Shown one piece after another: positions 23,772-32,900 of a DNA stretch of 37,577 bases (the stretch's first letter is position 1; every line of letters begins with the position of its first letter). Source of the DNA: a virus (Duplodnaviria > Heunggongvirae > Uroviricota > Caudoviricetes); IMG/VR virus record IMGVR_UViG_2935054407_000002, positions 1 to 37,577 of that record. One strand, 5' to 3'. The position numbers and the translations under genes were made by a program. The notes under the pieces were generated by a model. The model searched no databases, was not told the DNA's origin, and worked only from the letters and a program-made list of their open reading frames with translations.

Positions 23772-23974
23772 GTTGCACCCCCAGACCCATCACGAAATAA
23801 CCAGCGCGCGAAATGATTGGCCTCATTCAGCGCACGAATCCGGTCGGCCAACCCGGCGCCACGCTCACGAAACGTCTGCGCGGACTCAGCGTCCCGAGCA
23901 GCACGAGCCGCCGACTCCTCCGCAGCAGCTTCCGCTGCTGCCATCTCCTCCTGTGTGCGTGGCCTATCAGTCAT
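23768..23974 (-). CDS. Small lysis-region protein with NHF motif
   Basis: ADRIRALNEANHFARWL resembles conserved actinophage pre-lysin proteins; start moved to ATG 23974. Confidence 0.7.
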   Translation of the reverse strand: MTDRPRTQEEMAAAEAAAEESAARAARDAESAQTFRERGAGLADRIRALNEANHFARWLFRDGSGGAT

Positions 23975-24323
23975 CGCCGCTCCCAGGTGCCTGCAACTCT
24001 GTGAGGATCTTCTCCGCGGTCTCAGCGACGGCAATGCTGGGCAATGCGACACCGAGTGCTTGATCCACCAGAGCCCGGCGGGTCATCGAATGGCTGGCTT
24101 GCTCTTTCTCGTACAGTTTCCAGCCGCGCTCAGCGTCTTTCTCGGCCTCGGCGATCCGCTCATCCCGATCCTTCTCGGCCTGAGCGATGCGCTCGTCGCG
24201 GTCTTTACGGGCATCTTCTAGGACTGAGCGAGGGACAAGGCGTCCTGTGCCGATCAGCCACACGAAAGCGGCGAGCAGGACAGCGGCGCCGCCCTGGACA
24301 ATCGGAAGCTGCGCCCACTCCAA
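23967..24323 (-). CDS. Single-TM membrane protein with coiled coil
   Basis: LLAAFVWLIGTGRLVPR motif typical of actinophage lysis-region membrane proteins. Confidence 0.75.
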   Translation of the reverse strand: MEWAQLPIVQGGAAVLLAAFVWLIGTGRLVPRSVLEDARKDRDERIAQAEKDRDERIAEAEKDAERGWKLYEKEQASHSMTRRALVDQALGVALPSIAVAETAEKILTELQAPGSGDD

Positions 24324-24370
24324 GGTGGTCCGCCTTTCATATGTGCAGGTCGGCGGAGGGGGCCGAGGAA

Positions 24371-24496
24371 TTAGATGGGAGTGACGCCCTCAGTGCGAAG
24401 CGCGCTGAGGAGCGCGTTTAGTTGCGCATGAACCTCCGCAACGTCCCGGCGAAGCTCCTCGTAAGGGTCGTCGGGGAACGTCAGAGCGGTACGCAC
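24371..24496 (-). CDS. 41-aa mini-protein duplicating the C-terminal helix of the upstream gene (not in ORF track)
   Basis: AGGAGGT RBS, GTG start; YEELRRDVAEVHAQLNALLSALRTEGV vs YNALRADVLEVRAQLNALINSLRAAGI. Confidence 0.65.
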   Translation of the reverse strand: MRTALTFPDDPYEELRRDVAEVHAQLNALLSALRTEGVTPI

Positions 24497-24510
24497 AGGC
24501 ACCTCCTGGG

Positions 24511-24918
24511 TTAGGTGAGGAGAATGCCCGCTGCGCGCAGGCTGTTGATCAGCGCGTTCAGCTGAGCCCGCACTTCGAGCACGTCAGCGCGCAGGGCGTT
24601 GTACTGCGCCATCGTCGGCGCTCCCGCGATGTTGCCCGACGTCATGTTCGCCGCAATATCTACGGGTTGCGCTTGTAGCGGCGGGATGGGCACCAAGTCG
24701 TACTCGTCGCCATCCGCAGTGAGTGCGGTGGGGCGGTTGTTCTTACTGAAGTAGTGGACACCGCTGGCCGGCGGGGTGGGCGAAGTGCGGTCAGACATGA
24801 TCAGCCCATCTGAGGCTCTCCTGATCGGTGCACGCTGCTGCCCGGAGGAGAACAACTGCCCCTGCTGGCGCCGCATGGCAGCGATGTCAGCAAGAATGTC
24901 GTCGGGGTAGTCGGGCAT
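24511..24918 (-). CDS. Minor tail/fibre-associated protein
   Basis: Coupled to the upstream tail gene; C-terminal LNALINSLRAAG helix resembling fibre trimerisation motifs. Confidence 0.7.
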   Translation of the reverse strand: MPDYPDDILADIAAMRRQQGQLFSSGQQRAPIRRASDGLIMSDRTSPTPPASGVHYFSKNNRPTALTADGDEYDLVPIPPLQAQPVDIAANMTSGNIAGAPTMAQYNALRADVLEVRAQLNALINSLRAAGILLT

Positions 24919-26787
24919 CTACGCCTCCTCCACCGTCTCTTCGAACACGAGAGTGCATTCCTCCTGGCCCGCCCCCTTCGAGGGTGGCTTGAACGCCATA
25001 CCGACGACCCGCCACGACTTTGCGAAGCTCGCGACGCCATTGACGATGGGCCACCAGGGGTTGACCAGCATGACCGTCACCCAGTCGCCGAGATTGCCCG
25101 GCCCGAACGTCGTGTTCGCGGGCAGACGCACCGTTGCCTGATGGACCCGCACCGTGCCAGCCCGGTTCGCGGCCCACCAGGTTGCGTAGCCGTTGAGAAC
25201 GTCGAGGTCGGAGACACCGGAGCGATCCGCGGTGACATCGATACCGGGCCAGCCAGCATCGATGTATGCCTGAGCTAAGACGACGTTGGAGACCAGCGGC
25301 TCACTGATCGTGCTCGCGTCATCGTTGATGGATTCGCCGCGGACCTGGAACGTTGTGCCGCCCCGGAGCGCATCGATGTCCTCGCTCCACGACAGGACGT
25401 TGCCAGGTTCCATGAACTTGTGGCCCGCAGCTGGGGAGCCGATCTTTGGGTAGCCCCACACCCAGTATTTCGTTCGGGTGCCGTCGCCGTTGTCGACGAC
25501 CTGGATGACCCATTCGAAGCCGGGGTCGTTGGTGGACAGCTCCGCGAGGCGCTCGCCGTAGGTGCTCGCCTCTGATGCCAGGTATTCGGCGCTGTGGGTG
25601 ACGCCGGAGGTGCCGCCCTGTAGAACGAGGCCGATGTCGTACCGCGGTGTCGCCTGCATGCTGTTGAGGAGGGTGCGGGCGATGTCGATCTGATCGATGC
25701 CCTCATAGGGTCCGAGATCAGAGCGGATCTTCACCTGCGAGAGGTATGACTCCAAGGACGCGCCTTCGATACGAACTTCGATCGGCGAGTTTCGTCCCGA
25801 CCGCGACACAGAGGCCCGCCAGATGACGTAGGAGCCCCAGATGACGCCATTGCGGTAGACGTGCACAACCGTGCGTCCTGGCCCCGTAGAGAGGTCATCA
25901 GGGTGGCGGGGGACGATCCGGGCAACCTTCGCCGCAGTCGCCTCGTCGGTGACGACCAGCGACGCGGAGAACGTGCCGGCCTCGATGATCCGCCGCTCGT
26001 AGCTGACGTCGTACAGGTCAAGGTCCTTGCAGATCTGATGATCAGTCAGCAGGTCAGCGAACACGTACGTGTAGTGAACGACCTGCTCACCCGAAGGGAT
26101 CGCAGGAATCGTCGGAGGCGGAGACGTCGGAGGCGGCGGCTCACCACCAGGGCCACCGCTCCCAGAGGGGGGCGGCACCAGAATCGTGATGCCGTTCCAG
26201 ACGTTCAACCCGAGCGACGACAGAAACTCGGCCACACCAACGGGCGCGTTGCCCGTCAGGGCACGTTCAGTGAGCACGCCCGTGGCATGCGTTCGTGACT
26301 GCAGCTCAACGAGCGAGTCATACCCAGCGGGAGTGAACCACTCGATGGACGTTGACGCGAACCGCACTCCAGCGGCCCACCGAAGTTCCAAACAGCCGAT
26401 CGTCGAGGGGGTCGCGGCCGGCGTCTGAATGAAAATCGTCTGCGAAGAGCGACTGATCGTCTCAACGACCAAGCCGGTTCCAGCGCCGCTGATGGCCAGC
26501 ATGACGGCGACACCGTCAGCCGTCCCACCCTGGCTGATCGTGTACGTGGACGGCTCGTTGGAGGCGATCCGCTTCCAGATCTTCGTGCCGGCCCAGTTGC
26601 CTGCCGATCCGCCCGCGGTTTCGGCGACCTGCCAGCCGCCGGAGATCTGCATGTCGTCGAGGGATCCGTTGTCCGCTGAGTGGATCAGCAGCAGCAGGTC
26701 CCCGTTGGTCGTGAGCAGAGGCCGACTGATGACCGACGATGACCCGTTGAACACGCGCTCGGATACAGATCGGATCTCGGGAGCCAC
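24919..26787 (-). CDS. Minor tail (baseplate hub-like, ReqiPepy6 Gp37-like) protein with extra N-terminal domain
   Basis: YTYVFADLLTD...VSYERRIIEAGTFSASL...VYRNGVIWGSYVIW core after a Pro/Gly linker; AAGGAGG RBS. Confidence 0.78.
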   Translation of the reverse strand: MAPEIRSVSERVFNGSSSVISRPLLTTNGDLLLLIHSADNGSLDDMQISGGWQVAETAGGSAGNWAGTKIWKRIASNEPSTYTISQGGTADGVAVMLAISGAGTGLVVETISRSSQTIFIQTPAATPSTIGCLELRWAAGVRFASTSIEWFTPAGYDSLVELQSRTHATGVLTERALTGNAPVGVAEFLSSLGLNVWNGITILVPPPSGSGGPGGEPPPPTSPPPTIPAIPSGEQVVHYTYVFADLLTDHQICKDLDLYDVSYERRIIEAGTFSASLVVTDEATAAKVARIVPRHPDDLSTGPGRTVVHVYRNGVIWGSYVIWRASVSRSGRNSPIEVRIEGASLESYLSQVKIRSDLGPYEGIDQIDIARTLLNSMQATPRYDIGLVLQGGTSGVTHSAEYLASEASTYGERLAELSTNDPGFEWVIQVVDNGDGTRTKYWVWGYPKIGSPAAGHKFMEPGNVLSWSEDIDALRGGTTFQVRGESINDDASTISEPLVSNVVLAQAYIDAGWPGIDVTADRSGVSDLDVLNGYATWWAANRAGTVRVHQATVRLPANTTFGPGNLGDWVTVMLVNPWWPIVNGVASFAKSWRVVGMAFKPPSKGAGQEECTLVFEETVEEA

Positions 26788-26818
26788 GTCGGCCTCCTTT
26801 CAGAGGTCGATGCGGCGA

Positions 26819-27898
26819 TCAGAGGTAGGAACTTCGGAACTGCAGCTCAATGCCGCCAAGGCCGCCGGAGGAGACGCTGTAGCTGATGGTGTTCGTGCCT
26901 GCGGCGAGCACCCATTCCTCAATGGGCACTGACAGGGAGGAGAGCGTGTCCATGGCGTCTTCGCCGTCGATCAGGACCGTGCCGGCGTTGGTGTCGATGT
27001 CCAGGAGCTGGCCGTCGTTGAGGCTGACGAGGAACCGCAGGATGCGCCCCATGCTGACGTTGGTGATGACGGGGTTTGCGACGGGCCCGAACACCTTGAT
27101 GCGAGGCGAGGTGGCCACGTCACCGTCGTTGATGCAGGTGTCGGTGCTGCCGGCATCAACGGTGACGGACTCCTGCTGCAGGTCATACCTTCGAGGGTCT
27201 GAACACGTCCACCGCACTGATACCGCGGTCCAGCGCTGCCCGTACAGGCCGGCAGGCATGACGCGGGCTTGGGCCTTTGCGCGGGCGAGGAGAGTCTCTC
27301 CGAGGGTGCGGATCGTCAGCGTCTGCTCACTGCCGTCCTCGCTGACTCCGAAGGCGCGGCGAAAGTTCCGCATGGCCAGCACCCACGCGGTGGAATCCTG
27401 CGGCCCGTCGATCCCGATCGTCGCGGACACTTCACGCTGCTGCGCGTAATCCCGGCCCGTCCACGAGCCGTGCCGAGCCGACCGGGGCGCGTTGCCCGAG
27501 TCAAGTTCCGGCAGGTCGTCCCAGCCCTCAACGCCGGGCTCCAGGATCTGGTAGACGTTGCCGGGCCCTCCGAGTAGGAGCCGCCCCCACTCGATCTGGA
27601 AGTTTCCAGTGATGAGTTCGCCGGCGAGGATCGGCGTGGTGATGGTGAGCTCAGGAAACTCGGCGGCGGTCTCAAAGACCGGCAGGATGAATCCTGCGTC
27701 CTTGTGGACGACCAGGGGCGGGAACTCCGCTGCCGTCTCGAATGCGCTGAGCGGGACGGTGATACCCGGAGTGAAGATGTCCAGCGGCGGGAACTCCGCT
27801 GCCGTCTCGAACACTGGCAGCGGAGGGTGTGCGTCGTAGTTGCGGGGCTGCCGGACGATGATCGGCCGGTTCGGTTGACCTCGTCCGATGCGAGCCAC
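26819..27898 (-). CDS. Distal tail (Dit-like) protein with three N-terminal FETAAEFP repeats
   Basis: VRWTCSDPRRY, NDGDVATSPRIKVFGP...NPVITN, LAAGTNTISY motifs. Confidence 0.8.
   Translation of the reverse strand: MARIGRGQPNRPIIVRQPRNYDAHPPLPVFETAAEFPPLDIFTPGITVPLSAFETAAEFPPLVVHKDAGFILPVFETAAEFPELTITTPILAGELITGNFQIEWGRLLLGGPGNVYQILEPGVEGWDDLPELDSGNAPRSARHGSWTGRDYAQQREVSATIGIDGPQDSTAWVLAMRNFRRAFGVSEDGSEQTLTIRTLGETLLARAKAQARVMPAGLYGQRWTAVSVRWTCSDPRRYDLQQESVTVDAGSTDTCINDGDVATSPRIKVFGPVANPVITNVSMGRILRFLVSLNDGQLLDIDTNAGTVLIDGEDAMDTLSSLSVPIEEWVLAAGTNTISYSVSSGGLGGIELQFRSSYL
27653..27811 (-). repeat. Intragenic triple repeat encoding FETAAEFP
   Basis: 26-bp identical copies at 27717-27742 and 27786-27811; third synonymous copy at 27653-27676. 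Confidence 0.85.
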
Positions 27899-27907
27899 AA
27901 GTCCCCC

Positions 27908-28612
27908 TTACCAGCGTGAGGAACGGTTGACCGCTTGAGAGACGATCACAGGGGGTCGCGGCGGCTGGTCAGGCAGGGACGCGACATCAACTGTGAAGCC
28001 GTGACGGTTGCCTACACCGACGCTGGCAGTGAAGTTCTGGACACCTGTGGCGGCTGAGGAGGTGAGCTGTTTGGTCGCCAAGCAGGCGGTGGTGTTGTTG
28101 CCCTGCAGATCCGCCTGCTTGGTGTAGGTGGCCGGCGCCGTCCAGGTGACCGCTTCGAAGTCTGGGTTGCCGGCGGCCCACCGTAGCTCCAGGTCATCGG
28201 ATCCTGTAGGAGTGGACGATGGAGTGGCCACCGTGACTTCGAAACCTGCATCGCTACCGGCTTGGGCGACTACGGGGGTGACGGTGGTGTCAGCCCCCAT
28301 GATCGCGACGATCGCCACACATCCTGTACCTGTGGAATTTTCCGTGAACCCGTAGTTCGCCGGCTCGCTCGCCCCAGCGATTTTCCACCAGAGTTTGGTC
28401 TTCATGTCGTAGCCGGTACCGGAGTTACGGGTGCCCAACGACAGCCAGGTGGCACCCCCCGTCGGGGTCCCCATCTGAGCGAGCGTCCCCTGGTCCATGG
28501 AGTGGAAGGCCAGGAGTAGATCACCTTGTGCCGTTCCGGTGGGTTTGGTGACGTTGAACGACCCGACGCTGTTGGGCTTTGCCGTGGTGATTGCCCGCAC
28601 GGTGGCTGTCAC
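27908..28612 (-). CDS. Minor tail protein (beta-rich), paralogous to the N-terminal domain of 24919-26787
   Basis: KPTGTAQGDLLLAFH, LWWKIAGASEP, LELRWAAG. Confidence 0.75.
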   Translation of the reverse strand: MTATVRAITTAKPNSVGSFNVTKPTGTAQGDLLLAFHSMDQGTLAQMGTPTGGATWLSLGTRNSGTGYDMKTKLWWKIAGASEPANYGFTENSTGTGCVAIVAIMGADTTVTPVVAQAGSDAGFEVTVATPSSTPTGSDDLELRWAAGNPDFEAVTWTAPATYTKQADLQGNNTTACLATKQLTSSAATGVQNFTASVGVGNRHGFTVDVASLPDQPPRPPVIVSQAVNRSSRW

Positions 28613-28614
28613 CG

Positions 28615-29100
28615 CTAGGTCCTCTCAAACCACAGGCCGCCCCGCACATCCACACCCGCCGGAGCGGTACAACGAAGCGCGAACCCCTCCCCCAGGGCGG
28701 AGTCCGGCCCTTCAGCCAGAGCCCAGTCATATAGAACGAGGCCGCCGTTGGGGGTGAGGAAGAACTCCTCCAGGACAGTGAGGACCGTCGGCTCGTTGCT
28801 GGCGTTCCACGCCTTCGCCCCGGTGAAGCCCGTACCCGCCAGGCGCCCGTACGCCTGGCGCACGGTCACAGAGGTGGATTGGGTGCCGGGTGCATTGGTG
28901 GCGAACGTCGCCGCGCAGAGCTCAATCAGCACCGGTACCGCGCTCGCTGAGGTCCCGTTGAATCCGACGCGGATCTTGCGCAGGTCCACGCCGTGGTTGG
29001 CTGTGGTGGCGCCGCTTTTGACACCGAGAATCGTGCGGGGCGTGCCTGCGGTCAGGGTGACGGCGCCCTCAGTAGTGATCGAGTAGCCAGACTTGGCCAT
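28615..29100 (-). CDS. Virion-associated hypothetical protein
   Basis: Thr/Ala/Gly-rich 161 aa; GAGGAGAG RBS before ATG 29100. Confidence 0.72.
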   Translation of the reverse strand: MAKSGYSITTEGAVTLTAGTPRTILGVKSGATTANHGVDLRKIRVGFNGTSASAVPVLIELCAATFATNAPGTQSTSVTVRQAYGRLAGTGFTGAKAWNASNEPTVLTVLEEFFLTPNGGLVLYDWALAEGPDSALGEGFALRCTAPAGVDVRGGLWFERT

Positions 29101-29121
29101 GGATGCTCTCCTCGGGGCATG

Positions 29122-29146
29122 AAAAAAGCCCCACCGGTGGTGAGGC
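29122..29146 (-). terminator. Intrinsic terminator
   Basis: gcctcacc-acc-ggtggggc followed by T6 on the minus strand. Confidence 0.7.
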
Positions 29147-29162
29147 ATCAGGGGTGGTCGGG

Positions 29163-29627
29163 TTAGGAGGTCGCGCCGAGGAGGTTCTGTCGCCAAGCAC
29201 CATCAGCATGGAACGTAATTTCGAATAGTCCATCCTGAGTTGAGTAGCTTTGCCCGAATCGCCGGAAAAGCACGCATCTGTCCGATAGTCCCGGCGCGTA
29301 GATCAAGCCCCCCTCAGCGTCGGTGATGGTCGAGTCGGCCCAGCTCGCCGGGTCGAACTTCCACCCCGTCTTGCCAGTCGACGCAAGCTCAGCGAACGAC
29401 ACGACCGCGAGGGTTGTGCCTCCGGCCGTGTAGCCGGTGCCGTCGACCTCTGCGGTGTCCCAAGGAGCCACCCCGTAGGCGGGGTTCGTCTGGCTGAAGT
29501 CCGGCACGACACTGTTGGTGTACATGGCGATCTTGAAGGCGCTGGCAGCTGATAGATCCAGCGCAATCGTGTTCGTCAACGCCTTGACGAACGTGTCGAC
29601 GAACAGAGCGTCGCGGTCAATGGCCAT
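29163..29627 (-). CDS. Minor tail protein
   Basis: FKIAMYT...EVDGTGYTAGG...W..STIT motif typical of small actinophage tail proteins. Confidence 0.78.
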   Translation of the reverse strand: MAIDRDALFVDTFVKALTNTIALDLSAASAFKIAMYTNSVVPDFSQTNPAYGVAPWDTAEVDGTGYTAGGTTLAVVSFAELASTGKTGWKFDPASWADSTITDAEGGLIYAPGLSDRCVLFRRFGQSYSTQDGLFEITFHADGAWRQNLLGATS

Positions 29628-29859
29628 CAGCGCCTCGCAATCCCAGGTTGATGCGCACGTCGCGGCGCCCGTCGCTGTGCTCGGTGGTGTCGTGGCCTAA
29701 CTGGTCGCGGGTGCGCTGCCACTTCACGCCGTCGCCCCGTGCGCCTTGCATGCGCTGGTCGCGGGTGGCGTGAGACCACCCCTCAGGGCGGGCCTGGATG
29801 TTCTTGTCCCGCAGATACGCCCCATAGGACGGCCATCGGGACGGGTCGTATTCGGGCAC
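29617..29859 (-). CDS. Small hypothetical protein
   Basis: 80 aa, GGAGG upstream, overlaps the next gene. Confidence 0.55.
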   Translation of the reverse strand: MPEYDPSRWPSYGAYLRDKNIQARPEGWSHATRDQRMQGARGDGVKWQRTRDQLGHDTTEHSDGRRDVRINLGLRGADGH

Positions 29860-29935
29860 GCCGAAGCCGCCTCCTATCGGGTGGGAAAAGCGAGTGGCTC
29901 AACCGCGGACGACCACATGACCGTCCGCGGTTGCT

Positions 29936-32900
29936 CTACCGGCCGCCGCGAGCACGAACTCCTGTGCCGAGGATGAACCGCAGGTCCTTCGCGATCCCAT
30001 ACGGCGACTGCTCCGGGGTGGCGTGGAAGTTCTCCACGTTCAGCAGTGCCCCGTCGCCACCGCGCGCTCCGCCCTGCTGGACCGCCTTCCACTGCTGATC
30101 AGTGAGAACAGGTTCGGGCCGGCCGGTGCCGTTGTAGACGAGGCTCTCCCCTGGCGGCAGGTAGCCGCCGGAGTCGTAGACCGGTCGGCCGATCAGCTGA
30201 GCTCCTCGCGCCGCGACTTCGCGGACGTTCGCTCCGGTGAACGGCGCCTCAATGATCTTGTTTGCGCTGCTGTACATCCATACATGACCCGGATGCGGGA
30301 ACCCCAAATCGCCAGGTGATGGCTTCGCAACAGGCTTGACCCACTGCATCTGGTCCTGACTGACCCGCGGCACGCCCTTCGCCCCAGCAGCTTGCAAGGC
30401 GCGCATGACCAGGCCAGAGCAGTCGAAGGAATCCGGCCCCGTCGCACCCCACTGGTAGGGCTTGCCGAGCTGCGCCCGAGCGAACGCGATTGCCTTGCCT
30501 GCCCCCGGCCCGCCGGCCGCATCTTCCTTCGCACCAAGGAAGTTGACGACGCCACCGATGAGCGCCTTGGGAATCCCGACGAGCATCTGAGCCCATGGGC
30601 TGTCCCCCATCGCCGACGAAGCCTTGGCAAGCAGCGGGTTAAGGAGAGTCTCCGCCCCGACCCTGATACCGCCGGCCAAAATGTCAGCGATGTCACCGAC
30701 GATGCCTCCACCGGCGAACGCGCCGGCGAATCCTGCTCCGGGGTCTCCAGCGACGCCGAGGAACCTCGCAACTCCACCAACACCACCCTTACGAGCGGCC
30801 TTGTTGGCGCTGTGCACGTAGTCCTCGCCGACGGCTTTCGTCCACTCGGGCCGCATGATGGCCTCGCCACCGGACACGGCCGCCATGCCGACGTCACGAC
30901 CTGGCGTATACCCGGGGTAGATGCCACCCTTCGCAAACGCGATCGGCGCCAGCTCAGGCAGTTTGAGGGCCTTCGCGACGGCGTTCCAAACCTTGACGAT
31001 GCCGCCGTTGTAGACCGTATCGACGATGAACTGGACCGGCTTGCGAGCGATCTCCTTCAATCCGTTCCAGAAGCCTTCAATGAGGCCGACACCCTTTTTG
31101 AAGCCATTCGGAATGTCTTCAGTGACGAATTTCCACAGCGCGGTAAGCGCGGGCTTGATGACGTTTTCCCACGCGGCCTTGATGACCTCGCCGAACTTCG
31201 CAAAGACCGGCTTGACGATGTTTTCATACAGCCAGCTAATTTTAGGTGCGAGAGTCTCGGTGATGAAAGACCACAGCGCTTTAAGAGCAGGCTGAATGAC
31301 GACTGTCCATGCCGTCTTGATCGCAGTGCCGACCTTCTCAAAGACTGGCTTGATGACGTTCTCGAACAACCACAGCACCTTCGGTGCGAGCACGGTGGTG
31401 ATGAAGTTCCACAGTGCTTGCAGAGCTGGCTTGATGACCGTGTTCCAGGCTGTCGTGACGACCGTTGCGATGCCCGTCCACGCGGGGACGATCACGTTGC
31501 GCCACAGCCAGGTGATCGCTGGAGCCAGCACGTTGACGGCGAAAGCTCGTAGTGCCTCCAGCGCCGGCTTGATGACGGTTTCCCAAGCCCACGTCACTGC
31601 AGCGCTGATGCCTTGGAAGGCAGCATCAACGACAGCTTTGAACTCAGGGAACGCGTGATAGGCCGCGATAACGGCGCCGACGACGAGTCCGATCGCGGCG
31701 ACGATCAACCCGATCGGGTTGGCCGCCAGCACGATATTCAGGACTCGCTGAGCAATGGCCCACAACTTCAGGGCGACGACGACCGCGCCGATAGCGACGG
31801 CGATACCTCGGATCGTTGCCGGGTCCAGGGTGGAGATAATCTGGAAAATCCCGGAGATCGTAGCCAGGACAGCAGAGCCCAGCGGAGCCAGCGAAGAAAC
31901 AACGTTCTTCACTGCGGCAACCAGATTCGCGAAGATCGTCTGAATGGTGGGCCAGTTCGCTCGGACATAGCCGATGAACGCCTTGAACCCCTCCGACTTG
32001 CCGAGGTTGGCCCCCCAGCGTGCGAACGCCGCTGTGACCTTCTCAAGCCCGCCAACGATCGTCCCCGTGAAGGGGAGGAACGCCTGAACGATGCCAGCGA
32101 TGCCCTTGATGATGTTGCCGAACGACTTACCCAACCCGCCGATCGCAGTAGGCGCTTGCTTCGTCAGATCCTTGAAGAAGGTCGTCCAGAACTTCCCGCC
32201 AAGAGCCTTCGACGCGGCCTTCTCCAGCTCGACCAGAGCACCTGCACTGCCCTTGATCAGCGGAGTCAGTGGCGTGAACAGCTTTTGGATCACGTCAAGA
32301 CCACCGGTGATCACCGGTAGAACTGCGGGGCCCAGTTCCTTTTGGAAAGCCTCGTAGGCGGCTTTGAACGCCTTGATCTGCTTGGCTGCGATCGCTTCGG
32401 CTGGCGACAGCTTCGCAGTCTTCGCGCCGGCCTTCGCTGCCGCCGCAGAGGCAGCTGCCGCGGCTCGCTTAGCAGCCTCCGCCTGCCGTTTCGCCTGGTC
32501 TTTAGCCTGCTCGCGACGAATCTTGTCTTGTAGCTCGGCGATCTTCTGCTGGCGCTTCTGCTGCTCCAGGGCCCGCTTGGCGTCGTCGACGCGCTCTTCG
32601 GCGTCCTTGACCCCTTTCCGCGCCTCAGCAACCCGCTTGGCTGCTTCTTCGCCAGCCTTGCCTGCTTCGGCATACGCCTGGGCAAGCTGCCGCTCCTGTT
32701 CAATGACCCGCTCGTTCGCCGCGGCAATGGCTTCTTTGGCGGCGACGACCTGGTCATTGCCTTCGATGCCCTTGGCCTGCTCCTCGGCGAGGTTCGCCTG
32801 CTCGGCCGCGAGCTCTTCGATGCGGAGCTTGACGCGCTCGTAGGCGATCTCAGCGCGCTCGATGTCTTCCGGGTCGCCCTTCTTTCGGGCAGCGACGAGC

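Noticed and set aside
27653-27811. Tail-gene repeats as DGR template/variable regions
   Set aside because: No reverse transcriptase in the window, repeats are short and intragenic, and differences are not adenine-specific.
30392-32320. Long plus-strand ORFs (30392-31552, 31613-32320) opposite the tape measure gene
   Set aside because: Antisense shadows with no recognisable motifs.
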